From Candidatus Aenigmatarchaeota archaeon (lineage in GTDB: Archaea; Aenigmatarchaeota; Aenigmatarchaeia; CG10238-14; SCSR01), in the NCBI GenBank assembly GCA_018920185.1, contig JAHLMT010000001.1, positions 190,717 through 254,716 of the forward strand: a DNA stretch of 64,000 bases. Reading direction: 5' to 3'. Of the stretch, positions 20,694-29,753 are shown piece by piece. A model generated the notes under the pieces. The model was not told where the DNA came from. It ran no database searches and saw only the letters and a program-made list of their open reading frames with translations. The position numbers and the translations under genes were made by a program. The stretch's first letter is position 1, and each line of letters opens with the position of its first letter.

Positions 20694-21461
20694 ATGGAAA
20701 TTTTTGTTGGTACTTCAGGTTGGGCGTACCTTTGGAATCCAGATGGTTTAGAATGGTATGTCAAGAATTCTAATTTGAATGCCATTGAGCTAAACGCCTC
20801 TTTTTACCGATATCCGTATCCGAATCAAGTAAAAGGATGGAGCAACAAAGGTAAAAATTTAAGATGGGTTTTGAAAGTTAATCGATTAGTTACACATGTT
20901 TACAGATTTAATAGAATTGCTTGGACAAGATGGAAAAGTTTCGAGAAATTATTCCAACCTTTAGATTCTATAACAGATTTTTATCTTTTCCAACTGCCAC
21001 CATCAATAAAATCAGATTCAAAAAAGAAAATAGAATCATTCTACAAGAAAACAAAACTAAAAGAAAGATTTGCACTAGAATGGAGAAATCAAGAATGGTT
21101 TACAAAAGAAAATGTTAAATGGGCTAAAAAGTTAGGATTAACACTAGTTAGTGTTGATTCACCAAAATTACCACGTGACGTATTCAATACAAGTGGGATA
21201 ACGTATATCCGGATGCATGGAAGAGAAGCGTGGTATTCTCATTATTATACGGATAAAGAATTGAATGAAGTCAAAAATAAAATTCTGAAAGTTAAGCCTG
21301 AAAAAGTTTATGTATTCTTCAACAATGATACCAGTATGCTTGAGAATGGTAGAAGAATGTTCGAACTCTTGACAAAAGGAGAAATTTCTAAAGAAAGTGT
21401 TTTATTAAAAACTACTTCTAAAGCTGTAGCAACAGTAAAGAAAATCGTTAGTAAGAAATAA
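20694..21461 (+). CDS. DUF72 (YecE-like) protein
   Basis: VGTSGW, ELNASFY, FQLPPS, YIRMHG, YVFFNN. Confidence 0.9.
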   Translation: MEIFVGTSGWAYLWNPDGLEWYVKNSNLNAIELNASFYRYPYPNQVKGWSNKGKNLRWVLKVNRLVTHVYRFNRIAWTRWKSFEKLFQPLDSITDFYLFQLPPSIKSDSKKKIESFYKKTKLKERFALEWRNQEWFTKENVKWAKKLGLTLVSVDSPKLPRDVFNTSGITYIRMHGREAWYSHYYTDKELNEVKNKILKVKPEKVYVFFNNDTSMLENGRRMFELLTKGEISKESVLLKTTSKAVATVKKIVSKK

Positions 21462-21488
21462 AAGAAAGGAAAGTAAGCTAGTAAAGAT

Positions 21489-21824
21489 TTACTCTTCCTC
21501 TTCTTCCGTTTCCTCTTCCTCCTCTTCCTCTTCTTCTTGATACCTCATCTCAGTTTCCTCCTTCTCTTCAGGGGCTGGAATTGTTGCGGCACCAGTCTTC
21601 TCGCCGATCGCAAATCGGTTTCTAACTTCGGTAATCTTAATGTGTGCCTTCTCCCCGAGTTTCGCTCCATTAACAAACACAACAAAGTTGTTAACTCGGG
21701 CTATACCATCACCTTTCGAGCCGGTCTCCTTTATTTCAATATCATATTCTTCACCGACTTTTACAGGCTTAGGTATGTTACGCTCGAATCTTGGACCACC
21801 GAAACGTTTTCCACCAAATCTCAT
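21489..21824 (-). CDS. TRAM-domain RNA-binding protein with acidic tail
   Basis: KPVKVGEEY...GSKGDGIARVNNFVVFV; GGAGGT SD. Confidence 0.9.
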   Translation of the reverse strand: MRFGGKRFGGPRFERNIPKPVKVGEEYDIEIKETGSKGDGIARVNNFVVFVNGAKLGEKAHIKITEVRNRFAIGEKTGAATIPAPEEKEETEMRYQEEEEEEEEETEEEEE

Positions 21825-21966
21825 TTAAACATAACCTCCGTTTAATTTAAGACCACTCAATTCATTAAGAATTAGAGTAGTTCATAAGAAACAGTTCTTC
21901 AGTCTCACCTTTCCTTTCATTCACTTAATGATTATTCATAATGAAAGTATTTAAAGCTTTTAAAAG

Positions 21967-22010
21967 TGCTGGAGGTGAACCTGTTAGACTAACGCAACGC
22001 ACACAGTTTT
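21967..22010. repeat. distal att site: core plus arm-like motif
   Basis: tGCTGGAGGTGa core; CTAACGCAACGCAC (21989-22002) is a 12/14 inverted repeat of 31841-31854. Confidence 0.55.
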
Positions 22011-22086
22011 GTAGGAGTATGGTTGAATAAATATTTAAAACTATATTCAGTAATCATTTTTATTATCGCTTTTTCTTAAACTAATT

Positions 22087-22917
22087 ATGGGAAGAAAGCG
22101 AAGATGGAAAACTGATCCACTTACTGGGATTAGGTATGAAAAAGGAAGCCTAATGGATATAGCAAGCAGAGCCGAAAGAGATTTCGCTAAAGGGGTTGAT
22201 TTCACTTATGACAGACCAACTAAACGCAAGTCGAGAGGTTACAGAAGAGAGCGATACGGATATGAAGGAGTTGATTTGAGTCAACTTCCACCCTGGGCTC
22301 AAATATTAGTTGGTGTATTTATTGTTGGAATTCTGATGTGGGCTTTCCTTGGAGAAACACTTTCTATCTGGTGGAGCCGATATTGGATTGTAATAACAAT
22401 TGCGATAATTCTTGTAGTAATTGGTGGGGTTGCATTTTACATTAAAGTTCTTTTGCCAATTGATAGAGAGGTAACCCAAGAATTAAAAAGAGAAGAAGAA
22501 CTTAAAAAAAGCATAATACGAAAAAGATTACTTAAAGAAAGAGCAAATCAATTAGAAGGTCTTAGCGATGAAGAAAAGGAATTCCAACTAAAAGAATGGG
22601 TAGAAGAAGAATATAAAAAGGAAATTCCTGGGTATAAATCTGAATTGAGGGAGAGATTTAAAAAAGTACCTCCATTATCAGCCAAAGAAAAAGAAAGATT
22701 AATACAAATAGTAGGAACCAGATGTTGTTATCCAAACTGTAGAGAAAATATAGCTTTGGATGTACATCATATTACTCCAAGAGCTGAAGGAGGAACAAAT
22801 AAAGAAAATAATTTAATTGTTTTGTGTCCTACTCATCATCGTTTAGCTAGGGGAGGAACAATTCCTAGGGAAAGATTAAGACAATATTCTGTAGCAAATG
22901 TTAAGAAGATTCGATAA
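22087..22917 (+). CDS. membrane-anchored HNH endonuclease
   Basis: 2 TMs, coiled region, CCYPNC...LDVHHITPRAEGGTNKENNLIVLCPTHH. Confidence 0.8.
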   Translation: MGRKRRWKTDPLTGIRYEKGSLMDIASRAERDFAKGVDFTYDRPTKRKSRGYRRERYGYEGVDLSQLPPWAQILVGVFIVGILMWAFLGETLSIWWSRYWIVITIAIILVVIGGVAFYIKVLLPIDREVTQELKREEELKKSIIRKRLLKERANQLEGLSDEEKEFQLKEWVEEEYKKEIPGYKSELRERFKKVPPLSAKEKERLIQIVGTRCCYPNCRENIALDVHHITPRAEGGTNKENNLIVLCPTHHRLARGGTIPRERLRQYSVANVKKIR

Positions 22918-23086
22918 GTATACCAGAAATAGAGAAGGTCAAAAAGAAAACTAGAAGAATTACATCAAAAATAAAAATATGATTAATTTTGCTATTCTAC
23001 TATGCTAGGTATTAGTACCTATACTGCTTTAGGGATAGCTCACTAAGTAGTTCTCTAATCAGCATAGGACCTTACTCCTACACAAT

Positions 23087-23278
23087 CTATTTTTTAAACA
23101 ACCTAGAATAACAGCGGTAACAAATATAGCCACCTATAACTTTATCTTCACAAACAATTTCAATTTTTCTTAAGTTGAAAAATTCACCAGCTTCTTCTTC
23201 CGAAGCAAAATAACTAGGGTTCCAAAACTTGATAAAAGAATTACATAATAAGCATTGAATTCCAATTTTCCTAGTCAT
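23087..23278 (-). CDS. small zinc-finger protein
   Basis: CLLC...CYRC; GTGGT SD-like sequence upstream. Confidence 0.55.
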   Translation of the reverse strand: MTRKIGIQCLLCNSFIKFWNPSYFASEEEAGEFFNLRKIEIVCEDKVIGGYICYRCYSRLFKK

Positions 23279-23292
23279 AACAAACCACTTCC

Positions 23293-23808
23293 TTATCTGT
23301 AGTATCTATAATAAAGTGAATGTAGCATTGCTTCACTTCCTTTGACGATCTTAACAATTCTAGGACGACCACCCTTCCTGTAAACTCTATAGTAACGATT
23401 GCATCTATGACACCTAACCATTCTGATAGTCGTAGTGTTTTGCTGAAAGCCGCAATTAGGGCACCTTACCATTATTATCAGCTCGGGATCAGGAATTTCA
23501 ATTTTTATATTTCTGTTCTTTAATTCCTCCAGAAGCTTGGTCCTAACAAACTCGGAAATGTTTATTCTAGCTTTAATGACAGCTTTCTTTAGCTCTACAC
23601 CAATCCAAATGTTGACATTACCTTTCTTATCAGAGATGTTCTTGGACAAACCTATGCGCACGTGCGCATTGTTGTCTAAACTGCTGCTTTCTATAGAGTT
23701 AGTATTGTTAGTTGTTTGTTCTCCCTTACCACCCTCTCTTTCTATATCTATCTCTCTTCCTGTTGTAATTGCACATATACGCATATCATTGTCTGAATCT
23801 GAAGTCAT
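23293..23808 (-). CDS. ribbon-helix-helix-like + zinc-ribbon protein
   Basis: NVNIWIG...INISEFVRTKLLEEL; CPNC...CHRC. Confidence 0.6.
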   Translation of the reverse strand: MTSDSDNDMRICAITTGREIDIEREGGKGEQTTNNTNSIESSSLDNNAHVRIGLSKNISDKKGNVNIWIGVELKKAVIKARINISEFVRTKLLEELKNRNIKIEIPDPELIIMVRCPNCGFQQNTTTIRMVRCHRCNRYYRVYRKGGRPRIVKIVKGSEAMLHSLYYRYYR

Positions 23809-24061
23809 AGGAATTACCTTTGTTCAGTTTAACCCCTCTTAAACCACAAATCTTAACAAGACCGTTTCTTCTGAGCTCTTTCAAGAAAAGGAAAGATTCC
23901 TCCTTAGTAAAATGAAACATCCAGGAAAACCTTTGGTAGATCAAAGGATACGGAATAACTCTTCCGTTATTGCTTATTTTTTCTAATTCTCTCAGCGCTT
24001 TTTCATAAAACCAATTTTTATAATTAATACTCTCCAACTTCATTACGTTCACCAGGTTCAC
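23786..24061 (-). CDS. small winged-helix-like protein
   Basis: FLKELRRNGLVKICGLRGVKL. Confidence 0.55.
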   Translation of the reverse strand: MNLVNVMKLESINYKNWFYEKALRELEKISNNGRVIPYPLIYQRFSWMFHFTKEESFLFLKELRRNGLVKICGLRGVKLNKGNSYDFRFRQ

Positions 24062-24146
24062 TTTCTTTCTTTTCTTCCTCCATGTACCATTCTCTCAGCA
24101 ATTTAACCCATTCTGGCAATCTATCGAAAACTTCCTTATTCATCAT
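24024..24146 (-). CDS. 40-aa hypothetical protein (MMNKEVFDRLPEWVK...)
   Basis: GGTGA SD; overlaps both neighbours in an operon-like chain; below ORF-track cutoff. Confidence 0.45.
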   Translation of the reverse strand: MMNKEVFDRLPEWVKLLREWYMEEEKKESEPGERNEVGEY

Positions 24147-24291
24147 TCTCACCAAGCATTTCCTTTCGGATTAGAAAACGGATAGCGTCTATCTTGCTTC
24201 TAAATCTTCCTTCTTCTATCCACTTCTCTAGCTGTAAGTACTCTGGTAACTGTAGCTGTATGGTAAAAGTTTTGTATTTATTTTCGACCAT
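24136..24291 (-). CDS. CopG/ribbon-helix-helix repressor, 51 aa
   Basis: MVENKYKTFTIQLQLPEYLQLEKWIEEGRFRSKIDAIRFLIRKEML; not in ORF track. Confidence 0.75.
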   Translation of the reverse strand: MVENKYKTFTIQLQLPEYLQLEKWIEEGRFRSKIDAIRFLIRKEMLGENDE

Positions 24292-24304
24292 CTTTAATCA
24301 AATT

Positions 24305-24916
24305 ATGCTTAATAACAGAACGTATGATATAGGAAATGTTTCAAAAACGTTGCATGAACGTTGCAAGTACTCTGAGCATGTTAAAAGTAATCTTAGAATT
24401 GTTCACGAACTATTAATGAAAAGGCCATATACGCAGAGAAAGCTGAAAGAAATTACTGGATTTAAAGAAACAACAATACGTGGAATTATACATAAATTGA
24501 GGAAAGAAGGTTCTATTAAGGAGATAGATATAAAAACGATGAAAAAGTTATTCCCAGAAGATGTTAAACCTACTGATAGAAAGGCATTCGCTTCTATGGA
24601 TTTTAATCCTGAAGAAATTGAATTGAGAAGCATTGCTACTCAGCCTGAGATTTACGCTTTAGAAGTAACTGTTAATGATATTCTATCGAAGTGGAAAGTT
24701 AAGGAAGATTCAAAGAAACAATACTTTGCCTTTGGAAGAGAGCTATTAAAGATAAAGAAGAAGTTTCATCCTAATGTTTGGGAAAGACCAATAGATTATA
24801 GAAATGCTGTTAGAAATTTAGGTCTAGAATGGAATAAAAAGAAACTAAATAAAGAGATCCTAAAGGATATCTCCAGAGCTATGGGAGTATCAGCAATAGT
24901 AGAATTTCTATCTTAG
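24305..24916 (+). CDS. HTH protein with C-terminal SIRV2-capsid-like helical domain (start uncertain)
   Basis: TQRKLKEITGFKETTIRGIIHKLRKEG HTH; VNDILSKWKV...YFAFGRELLK...LNKEILKDI; track start at 24194 overlaps the RHH gene. Confidence 0.6.
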   Translation: MLNNRTYDIGNVSKTLHERCKYSEHVKSNLRIVHELLMKRPYTQRKLKEITGFKETTIRGIIHKLRKEGSIKEIDIKTMKKLFPEDVKPTDRKAFASMDFNPEEIELRSIATQPEIYALEVTVNDILSKWKVKEDSKKQYFAFGRELLKIKKKFHPNVWERPIDYRNAVRNLGLEWNKKKLNKEILKDISRAMGVSAIVEFLS

Positions 24917-25065
24917 TTTTCGGTTTGTTACAGAATCTGAATAAAAGTTCAGATAAAAGTTAACTCAGCTGTTAAAATGGCAAATTATCGCATTATTTGT
25001 TACATTCTACATTAATGTGCACACAATAACAAAAACTTTGACGGATTTTTTAACGATTTTAAAAT

Positions 25066-26316
25066 CTATTCGTACCTTAATGCTTCCACAGGTTGCAAAT
25101 TAGCAGCCCTTCTGGCTGGCAACAACCCAGACATTATTCCTATGAAAACGGAGAATCCTATAGCAAATAAAACTAATTCTGGAGTAATTACAGTTGTTAT
25201 TCCTCCTCCAGCTCCAGGTCCGAAAAATCTTATTCCCAATTCAGATATTCCAACGGATACAAGAAAACCAAGCAAAACACCTGCAATACCTCCAAACAAT
25301 CCCATCAATGCAGATTCGATCAAAAATATTTTCATAACTTCAAAGTTTGTCATTCCCAATGCCTTCAATACACCAATCTGTCTCGTCCTTTCCATCACTG
25401 ACGTAAACATTGTGTTGGCAATGCCAATGCCACCAACTAAAAGTGAGATTGCTGCTATGCTTCCTAAAAATAAGGTTATCGTTTGGGTTATGCTACTTAC
25501 TTGTTCTTGTATGGCTTGTGCCGTTGATACAGTGAAATCCTGGGTGTCTTTTGTGACATGTCGAGCCATCATTAATCTGCTTTCGATTTGAGCAGCCACA
25601 TCTTGAGCAATCGACGAGTCTGCAGCTTTTATCGAAATGGAAGATAAACGATTAGAATTTAAATCTAATATTTTCCTGGCTATATCCCTAGGCATGAAAA
25701 CAGACGAATCCTGTTGACCAATGAATCCAGATGACGATAAAATCCCAACTACCCTGAAATTCCGACCGTCTATTTGTATTTGTCTATTCAAAGTTATAGG
25801 TTGCTTGAACATATCATTTGCAACTCTATTACCAATCACAACAACATTGCTATCTCCTACTGACAGATATCTTCCAGATTCCAGTTTGACAGTTTCCATA
25901 AATCTCCACACAGACGTGTCCACACCTTGAATATTCACAGAAGCGGATTGACCAAGATAAGAAATGTCAGCCCTGCCAGATACTATGCCGTTTACATAAA
26001 GAACTCCAGGAGTGGTTTTTATAATTCTCATGTCACTTTCTGTCAGATTCCCCCTAGCGCCAAACCCACCGAATACCCCTACTCTGAATCTAAATCCGCC
26101 AGCTTCTGCCCTTGAAAATCCTGGTGATACAGTTATTAGATCAGCGCCAAGACCGCTGAGTTGCTCTGTAACTCGTGCTTGCATACCTTGTCCAATAGAG
26201 ACTAAAGCTACAACCGCGGCTACACCGATTACTATACCAAGTATTGTAAGCCAACTTCTTAATCTTCTGTGAGTTATGCTGTTCATAGAAAGTTTAATGA
26301 TGTCGCCGAGTTTCAT
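25066..26316 (-). CDS. MacB/FtsX-type ABC permease
   Basis: RSWLTILGIVIGVAAVV, GGIGIANTM, ERTRQIG, PVEALRYE. Confidence 0.92.
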   Translation of the reverse strand: MKLGDIIKLSMNSITHRRLRSWLTILGIVIGVAAVVALVSIGQGMQARVTEQLSGLGADLITVSPGFSRAEAGGFRFRVGVFGGFGARGNLTESDMRIIKTTPGVLYVNGIVSGRADISYLGQSASVNIQGVDTSVWRFMETVKLESGRYLSVGDSNVVVIGNRVANDMFKQPITLNRQIQIDGRNFRVVGILSSSGFIGQQDSSVFMPRDIARKILDLNSNRLSSISIKAADSSIAQDVAAQIESRLMMARHVTKDTQDFTVSTAQAIQEQVSSITQTITLFLGSIAAISLLVGGIGIANTMFTSVMERTRQIGVLKALGMTNFEVMKIFLIESALMGLFGGIAGVLLGFLVSVGISELGIRFFGPGAGGGITTVITPELVLFAIGFSVFIGIMSGLLPARRAANLQPVEALRYE

Positions 26317-27524
26317 TTTTTCTTCCTTTTTCTAAGCTTGAAGAAAACTACGACAGCGACAATGATTATGATGCCGATTAATAGATATTGTATAAATGTG
26401 GACTGCAAAAGCCCTCCGCCTTGACGTTGCCTCGTTGGAAATTGCAGCTCACCAAATATCAGACTAATAGAAACTTCTTTTTGAGCCACTTGCCTTGCAC
26501 CACTAGTGTCTGTATAAGATATCTCGACTATTAAACTTCCTCCGCCCATTCTTGTTTCATTTGTCCTCGGAAATACTTGAAAACTTGCTATAGTGTAATC
26601 ACCTGGATTAAGGTTTCCAAGGAATACAGATGAACTACCAATTACAGAAAATCTCTCTTGTCTAGGAATCTTGATAGCTACACTGGTTGCTGGATTAACA
26701 CCTATGTTAGCAATCGAAAGTGTTAGCGTATTTCCTGTAAATTCCTGCACATCAACAGAAAATTCAGTCGTACCACCAACAATCAGTCCAACTACAGAAG
26801 TTGAATTTTGTTTAGTACCAGTTTTGTCGAAATATTCCATTTTTACAGAGATTGGATAAACCCCTGGAGTTATGGTAGGACTTGTGACAACTTCAACGGG
26901 TATATCCAACTGCTGATTTGCAGCTATAGATGACAAAACTATTCTGTTACTCAATCCTAGTGGAAGTATTAAGTTATTAGATTCTTGCCATGTGATTACA
27001 ACATTTGTGATTTCAGAATTCCCGTTATTTGCAACAGTAAATGTTAGTGTAGTATTGCTTCCGATGTTGAGCCTATCGGGTTTGATGGATTTAAGCTCTA
27101 AGATTGGTTGCGATTGAACGCTTACAATAGTAAACTGATTTATTTCCCTACAGCTAGAATCCTGGCAATAATCGATTTCAAAGTTTATTCTGTATAAGCC
27201 AGGGGAGGTTGTCTTAGGCACAGAAAATTTAAACAAAGTGGAACTGCTTTCACCAATTCCTAATCCGCCTATGTCAACCCACCTATAAGGATCTACGTTT
27301 ATCCCTATGTCAGTAGAAGTTAGAGTGACTTTAACACTGTTTGCAACAGCAGTACCAGCATTTTTCAAGGTCACCTGTATATAACCATCAGTTCCAGGAG
27401 ATGATACAGAAGGATTAACAGAAAAACTTGCTTGGACAATGGGCTCAGCTGCCATAGAAATTTGAAAAATAATCAACAATGTTGCTATAACTGACATTAG
27501 GAAAATATAATTTTTCATTGTCAT
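26313..27524 (-). CDS. COG1361/CARDB Ig-like surface protein
   Basis: signal peptide, repeated N-x-G Ig-fold strands, C-terminal TM plus basic tail. Confidence 0.8.
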   Translation of the reverse strand: MTMKNYIFLMSVIATLLIIFQISMAAEPIVQASFSVNPSVSSPGTDGYIQVTLKNAGTAVANSVKVTLTSTDIGINVDPYRWVDIGGLGIGESSSTLFKFSVPKTTSPGLYRINFEIDYCQDSSCREINQFTIVSVQSQPILELKSIKPDRLNIGSNTTLTFTVANNGNSEITNVVITWQESNNLILPLGLSNRIVLSSIAANQQLDIPVEVVTSPTITPGVYPISVKMEYFDKTGTKQNSTSVVGLIVGGTTEFSVDVQEFTGNTLTLSIANIGVNPATSVAIKIPRQERFSVIGSSSVFLGNLNPGDYTIASFQVFPRTNETRMGGGSLIVEISYTDTSGARQVAQKEVSISLIFGELQFPTRQRQGGGLLQSTFIQYLLIGIIIIVAVVVFFKLRKRKKK

Positions 27525-28195
27525 CCTCCTACTATTCTTCCGTCTTTAATTTTGATTATATGCTTGGAATGAGAAGCTATGAATGTCTCATGCGTAACTA
27601 CGATAACTGTCTTGCCTTCATTATTTATCTTTACAAACAACTCCATTATCTCCTTCCCTGCTTTCGAATCGAGATTACCTGTAGGCTCATCAGCGAGAAT
27701 AAACGAAGGATTATTTGCCAGTGCTCTTGCTATTGAAACTCTTTGTCTCTCACCACCAGATAACTGAGAAGGTAAATGTTCCGCCCTCTCTTTTAAACCA
27801 ACAAGTTCAAGCAATTCCATTGCCTTTTGTCTTCTTTCATCCCTGTCCCTTTCCATTATCATCATTGGCAGTTCAACATTTTCTAATGCTGTTAGAGTGG
27901 GATGAAGGTTGAAAAATTGAAACACGAACCCAATCTTCTCACCCCTTATTCTTGCTATTTCAGGTTCAGTGAGCTTAGATAAATCTATGCCATCAATATA
28001 AACTTTACCAGAAGTCGGCTTGTCTAAAGCGCCCATCAAATGTAATAGCGTTGATTTGCCAGAACCAGAAGGACCCATTATAGAAACGAAATCTTTCCTT
28101 TTTATTTTAAGGTTAACATTGTTCAAGGCTGAAACTTGTACCGAATCTAATTGATATACCTTATTAACATTTTCTAACTCAATTACAGATTTCAT
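27521..28195 (-). CDS. LolD/MacB-type ABC ATPase
   Basis: GPSGSGKS, LSGGERQR, ADEPTGNLD. Confidence 0.92.
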   Translation of the reverse strand: MKSVIELENVNKVYQLDSVQVSALNNVNLKIKRKDFVSIMGPSGSGKSTLLHLMGALDKPTSGKVYIDGIDLSKLTEPEIARIRGEKIGFVFQFFNLHPTLTALENVELPMMIMERDRDERRQKAMELLELVGLKERAEHLPSQLSGGERQRVSIARALANNPSFILADEPTGNLDSKAGKEIMELFVKINNEGKTVIVVTHETFIASHSKHIIKIKDGRIVGG

Positions 28196-28253
28196 AATAC
28201 TAATTTTGATGTTAGTTAAATATATATAGCTATCGACATATAATTATCGATAT

Positions 28254-28754
28254 ATGAATTCTGTCGAAAGACTTCTTAAAAGACAGTTTAACATAAGAGG
28301 AATGCTAACTTTCTGGATAATTTTCCTTCTACATAAAAAACCTATGAATGGCTATGAGATTGTGAAAGCGATTGAAAGTTCTACAGTATACTGGAAACCA
28401 ACGGCAGGTGCCGTCTACCCTGCTCTTCACAGACTTAAGAAAATGGGTTTTATAAAAATTGAGAAGACAGGGAAACGAGAACAAAAAGTCTATTCATTAA
28501 CAGAATCTGGTAAATTAGTAATAAAACAAATGAAAGAACACATAGCAAAGAGGTCAAGAGATTCTAGAATTAGAAGAATTATGGATTCTTTAATATGGCC
28601 TGATGAACCAGAAGAAATCAGAGAGATGTTTGATAAATTATTTATTAGTATATCCGATTTCAGAAATTCTTTGAAAGGTAAATACAAAGATTACTCAAGC
28701 ATGAAAAAAGCGAAGATGAGGCTAAATAAAATAATTGAAGAACTGAAAGTTTAG
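28254..28754 (+). CDS. PadR-family regulator
   Basis: MNGYEI...GAVYPALHRL...KVYSLTESG. Confidence 0.9.
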   Translation: MNSVERLLKRQFNIRGMLTFWIIFLLHKKPMNGYEIVKAIESSTVYWKPTAGAVYPALHRLKKMGFIKIEKTGKREQKVYSLTESGKLVIKQMKEHIAKRSRDSRIRRIMDSLIWPDEPEEIREMFDKLFISISDFRNSLKGKYKDYSSMKKAKMRLNKIIEELKV

Positions 28755-28769
28755 TTCTGTGGTTAATTT

Positions 28770-29753
28770 ATGATTATAGAAACTTATGACTTGACAAGAA
28801 AATATGGCAAGTTGGTAGCAGTTAACAAAGTTAATTTAACAATAGAAGATGGTGAAGTTTTCGGTCTATTGGGTCCTAATGGGGCAGGCAAGACAACATT
28901 AATCTCCATGCTCTGCACAATCCTCAAACCAACATCGGGTACAGCAAAAGTTAATGGTTATGATATAGTTAAACAACAACCTCAGGTTAGGAAATCGATT
29001 GGTATAGTTTTCCAAGATCCAAGCTTGGATGACAGACTTACAGGGAGAGAAAATCTGGAAATGCACTCAGCTTTGTACGGAGTCCCTAAGAATGAAAGAA
29101 AGAAAAGAATCGATAGTGTATTGGAATTAGTTGGCTTGACTGACAAACAAGATATCATAGTAAGAAATTATTCTGGTGGGATGAAAAGACGACTTGAAAT
29201 AGCAAGAGGGTTGATTCATTATCCTAAAGTTCTATTTTTGGATGAGCCCACGTTAGGTTTAGATCCTCAAACAAGAGAGCACATATGGGCATATATTAAA
29301 AATCTTTCCGAAAAAGAAAATATAACAATTGTGTTAACAACACACTACATGGATGAAGCTGACATACTTTGTGATAGGGTCGCAATAATAGATTATGGTG
29401 AAATAAAAGTTCTTGGCACACCAGAAGCATTGAAAGGCAAATTAGAAGGTGAAGTGCTGATTTTAGACACCAACGATGGTGAAAAACTGAAAAAGAAAAT
29501 TGAAACATTAAGTTTTATAAAGAAAATTGATGTTAGAGGAAACGAGTTGAGAGTTGCAGTCAAAGGAAGTGAAAAATATCTTCCTAAAATCATAGATGTT
29601 GCAAAACAATGCAATGTCTCCATAGAATCTATAAGTATCCGAAAACCAACACTAAGCGACGTATTTTTGCATTATACTGGAAGAGAAATTAGAGAAGAAA
29701 TGGGAAATGTGAAGGAAATAATGAAAGCACATGCGAGGAGATGGGTAAGATGA
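28770..29753 (+). CDS. DrrA-like ABC ATPase
   Basis: GPNGAGKT, YSGGMKRRLE, LDEPTLGLDP. Confidence 0.92.
   Translation: MIIETYDLTRKYGKLVAVNKVNLTIEDGEVFGLLGPNGAGKTTLISMLCTILKPTSGTAKVNGYDIVKQQPQVRKSIGIVFQDPSLDDRLTGRENLEMHSALYGVPKNERKKRIDSVLELVGLTDKQDIIVRNYSGGMKRRLEIARGLIHYPKVLFLDEPTLGLDPQTREHIWAYIKNLSEKENITIVLTTHYMDEADILCDRVAIIDYGEIKVLGTPEALKGKLEGEVLILDTNDGEKLKKKIETLSFIKKIDVRGNELRVAVKGSEKYLPKIIDVAKQCNVSIESISIRKPTLSDVFLHYTGREIREEMGNVKEIMKAHARRWVR

Noticed and set aside
21489-21570. GAA/GAG-rich tandem repeat
   Set aside because: Simply encodes the poly-Glu tail of the TRAM protein
24194-24304. Track start of the HTH/capsid-like ORF
   Set aside because: Overlaps the antisense RHH gene at 24136-24291
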